A stretch of DNA of 63,907 bases, the filler included, from Octopus bimaculoides (Eukaryota): the NCBI RefSeq assembly GCF_001194135.2. It is 5 parts of 5 records of this genome, joined end to end, with 100 filler letters (N's around TTAATTAATTAA, not from the genome) between each part and the next. Parts side by side here need not be neighbours in the genome. Positions count along the whole stretch, not along the records: positions 55,515 to 62,360 come from NC_068981.1; positions 62,461 to 63,907 come from NC_068982.1; 3 more parts are not named here. One strand, given 5' to 3'. The first letter of the stretch is position 1. Each line of letters opens with the position of its first letter. Under the pieces are notes generated by a model, which made no database searches, was not told where the DNA came from, and saw only the letters and a program-made list of their open reading frames with translations. Positions 61,003 to 63,907 of the stretch are shown here, piece after piece. The translations under genes were made by a program, and so were the position numbers.

Positions 61003-62047
61003 TGGAGTAACCATCCTAGAGGTATTATTGATAATTTAGTTAAAAATATTTCATTAAGACTCTCCAGATTATCTGCTAATAATAGGATTTTTAATAATGA
61101 AGCTCAATTCTATAATTCGGCATTAAATAGGGCAGGTTACAAAGAGAAGGTTTACTATATTGAAACTGATAGCAACAACGTTAAGACAGATAACAATAAT
61201 AGGCATAAGAATAAACTCAGTGGAAATAAGGAAAATAAACCCAAGAATTTCCATAAACGTAACATAGGTAATTTAATATTTTTTAAGAATGATACTGGTG
61301 GCTGTGATAATACTAAAGATGATAATATTTGGTTCAAAATCCCGTTTGGTAGGAATATTAAAAGTAACTTGATTGCAAAATTTAGAGAGATGATAAGCAG
61401 ACATTTCCCAAAGAATTCACACTATGGTAAAATTATTAATGCACATATCATTAGATTTGGGTTTTCAAACACTATGAATAATTGCAGCCCATAATTTTAA
61501 AATACTGAAGTCTAAAGAAATAGGGGTGGATAGCGATATGAACCCTGATATAAATGATAATAATAATAATAATAATGGCGGTATTAATAATAGTGATAAT
61601 GATTGTAATAATCAGAATTTGATTACAGTAACAGAGGTCAACCCTAGAAGATTGAAATTTGAAGGCCCTAATGCTAGAGTTAGAAATGTAGTTTATCAAT
61701 GTAAGGTAAAGACTCAGACAGATGTTAGGTGATACCTCGGGTGTACTTCGGGACAAATCTGTAAAAGAATATCTAATCATTATAGTACTTTTAGAGATAG
61801 AAGTAAAATAGCAAGCACTAGCCTTAGTAAATTCATCTGGGAACTCAAAGAACCAAAAAAGCGAAATTCGTTAGAATGGTCAGTCATCGGGAGATCATTC
61901 CCATACGACAAGGGTAGGAAATACTGTTCGTTATGTACTTTAGAACTTTATTTCATATTATTCTCTAAGGGTAAGTTGATAAATAAACTAACAAATAATG
62001 CTCTAAAATGTACACATTTTCTTAAGACTCACTTTTCGCTGGTTTAA
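61003..62047 (+). mobile_element. Penelope-like element thumb/linker/GIY-YIG remnant
   Basis: WSNHPRGII..RLSRLS..YNSALNRAGY; WFKIPFGRNIKSN..HFPKNS..KIIN; RNVVYQC..YLGCTSG..RISNHYSTFR..TSLSKFIWELK..WSVI..CSLCTLE. Confidence 0.9.
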
Positions 62048-62616
62048 ATAAAATTGCAATGTGACAGGGTATTATAGTACATTATACCGTAGTAGTTAGT
62101 CTCTAGGCAGGTCATACTAATATAATTTACCAATAGCAACGGGGATTTTGTAAAAGCCTCTAAAGATAATATAGTATAGTATAGTATAGTATAGTATAGT
62201 ATAGCATAATATAGTATAGTATAGTATATATTTTATTTATTTACGGCCTCAACATCTCATACCTTTTGCGCTTTAGTCTGTCCTCTATTATTTATCTTGT
62301 TTCTCTCCATGAAATTCAATTGAATTCAGTTTTTGTCTTAAATTCATACTTATTCATTTTNNNNNNNNNNNNNNNNNNNNNNNNNNNNNNNNNNNNNNNN
62401 NNNNTTAATTAATTAANNNNNNNNNNNNNNNNNNNNNNNNNNNNNNNNNNNNNNNNNNNNATTTTTTCTTTCTCTTTCCTTATAATCTTGCAATAATTAT
62501 AGCCAACATATATACATATATACACACAATAAACTCACACCACCAAAAGACAGACTTGTCTGTATATATATACATACATACACACACACACACATACACA
62601 CACACACACACACACG

Positions 62617-62648
<32 letters not shown>

Positions 62649-62707
62649 CACGCATGTGTGCATGTCTCTTTCTCTCTCACTCTCTCTCTCTCACTCTCTC
62701 TCTCTCA

Positions 62708-62746
<39 letters not shown>

Positions 62747-62984
62747 AGCATGTTTGTATGCATGTATGTATGCACAGTTATATACACTTATACGAAATTT
62801 ATATTACATGTACATATATAAATATATGCACACCCACATGCACATACATACACATGCACACAGACACACCCATGCACACACACATGCGCACACGCACACA
62901 CAGATATGTATATGCATATATAGAAACTTGTGGGCGTGTATCTTTCTCGCTCATGCAGCCTTTCTCTTTCTGCATGCATATGTA

Positions 62985-63028
<44 letters not shown>

Positions 63029-63448
63029 TATATGGCGGAAGAGAGAGTTATACAGACAGGGAGAGCAAGAGAGCGAGAGATAGAGAGCGAGAGACTGAAA
63101 GAGAGTGACTGAGAGAGAGAGAGACTGAGAGAGAGATTCTTGCAAAGTATAGCCAAACTGAGTTTCAAGGAGCCTCCCAGTGAATTAAAGAACTAAAAGA
63201 AGAAACAGAAAAAATACTGATTGTGCAATGTAGAAAAGTCAGACAAGCAAACAGACGGACAGGCGGTCAGGCGGACAGGCAGGCTTGCAGGCAGACAAAC
63301 AGGCAGGCAGCAAGGGGAAGCGAGATGACGTGAGTGATTCGAGAAAGCAGAGCAATGTTGGTGTTCTAATAAAGTCTGGCTGTGACAGACGAAGTTAGAT
63401 TTTGTTGACATGATCGTGTGCATATGTCTGAGTTTTAATTTATGAGCC

Positions 63449-63498
<50 letters not shown>

Positions 63499-63764
63499 CA
63501 AGCTTGTAATATCTTCGTGTATTCTTGTATGCGTGTATGCGTGTATGATTGGTGTGTGTATGAGTATGGGGTGAGAGAAAGGAGGAGGAGAAAATAATGT
63601 AGAATGTGGTATGTCTACTGCGCTTATAGTACAGCAAAAATCCAAGATATTCTTAGCCTCCCATGATGAAGACAGGAGTAGCAGCAGCAGGTTTTCTTGT
63701 ACGTAAGAAACTGTCTCAGTTTCAGAGGCAGGACCCACGGTGCAAAAATGACAACCAGCATCAT

Positions 63765-63850
63765 CTGTTATCTTTTACCGGTTTCAGTCATTGGACTGCA
63801 GCAATGCAGCGGCACCGCTTTGAAGGGGTTTTCGTCGAACAATTGACTCC
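63765..63850 (-). mobile_element. SINE family 1 tail fragment
   Basis: TTTCAGTCATTGGACTGC.GC.ATGC.G.GGCACCGCTTT..GTCGA.CAATTGAC. Confidence 0.65.
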
Positions 63851-63907
63851 TGTATTTGTAAAATATGGTAACTTATACTATGGGCTTTTTTTTTTTTTTT
63901 TTTTTTT

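Overview
AT-rich, microsatellite-dense, gap-riddled eukaryotic scaffold. The repeat families and composition suggest a cephalopod (Octopus-like) genome; this is an inference. No intact protein-coding gene is recognisable, and nearly all ORFs in the supplied track are microsatellite, N-gap or transposon artefacts. The window is mostly decayed transposons. It holds at least four Penelope-like (PLE) RT/GIY-YIG remnants with associated hammerhead-ribozyme motifs, three of which keep the catalytic core, plus pLTR-type inverted and direct repeats. Also present are R4/Dong-like RLE LINE fragments bounded by (CATA)n, RTE LINE pieces (one with a PHD-like finger after YADD), piggyBac, Chapaev3-like, mariner and maT(DD37D) remnants, three tRNA-SINE families, and a 5S rRNA-head/SINE-tail chimera. 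A few short splice-flanked segments may be exons of an unidentified long-intron host gene. All translations and structures were read by hand and all coordinates are approximate.
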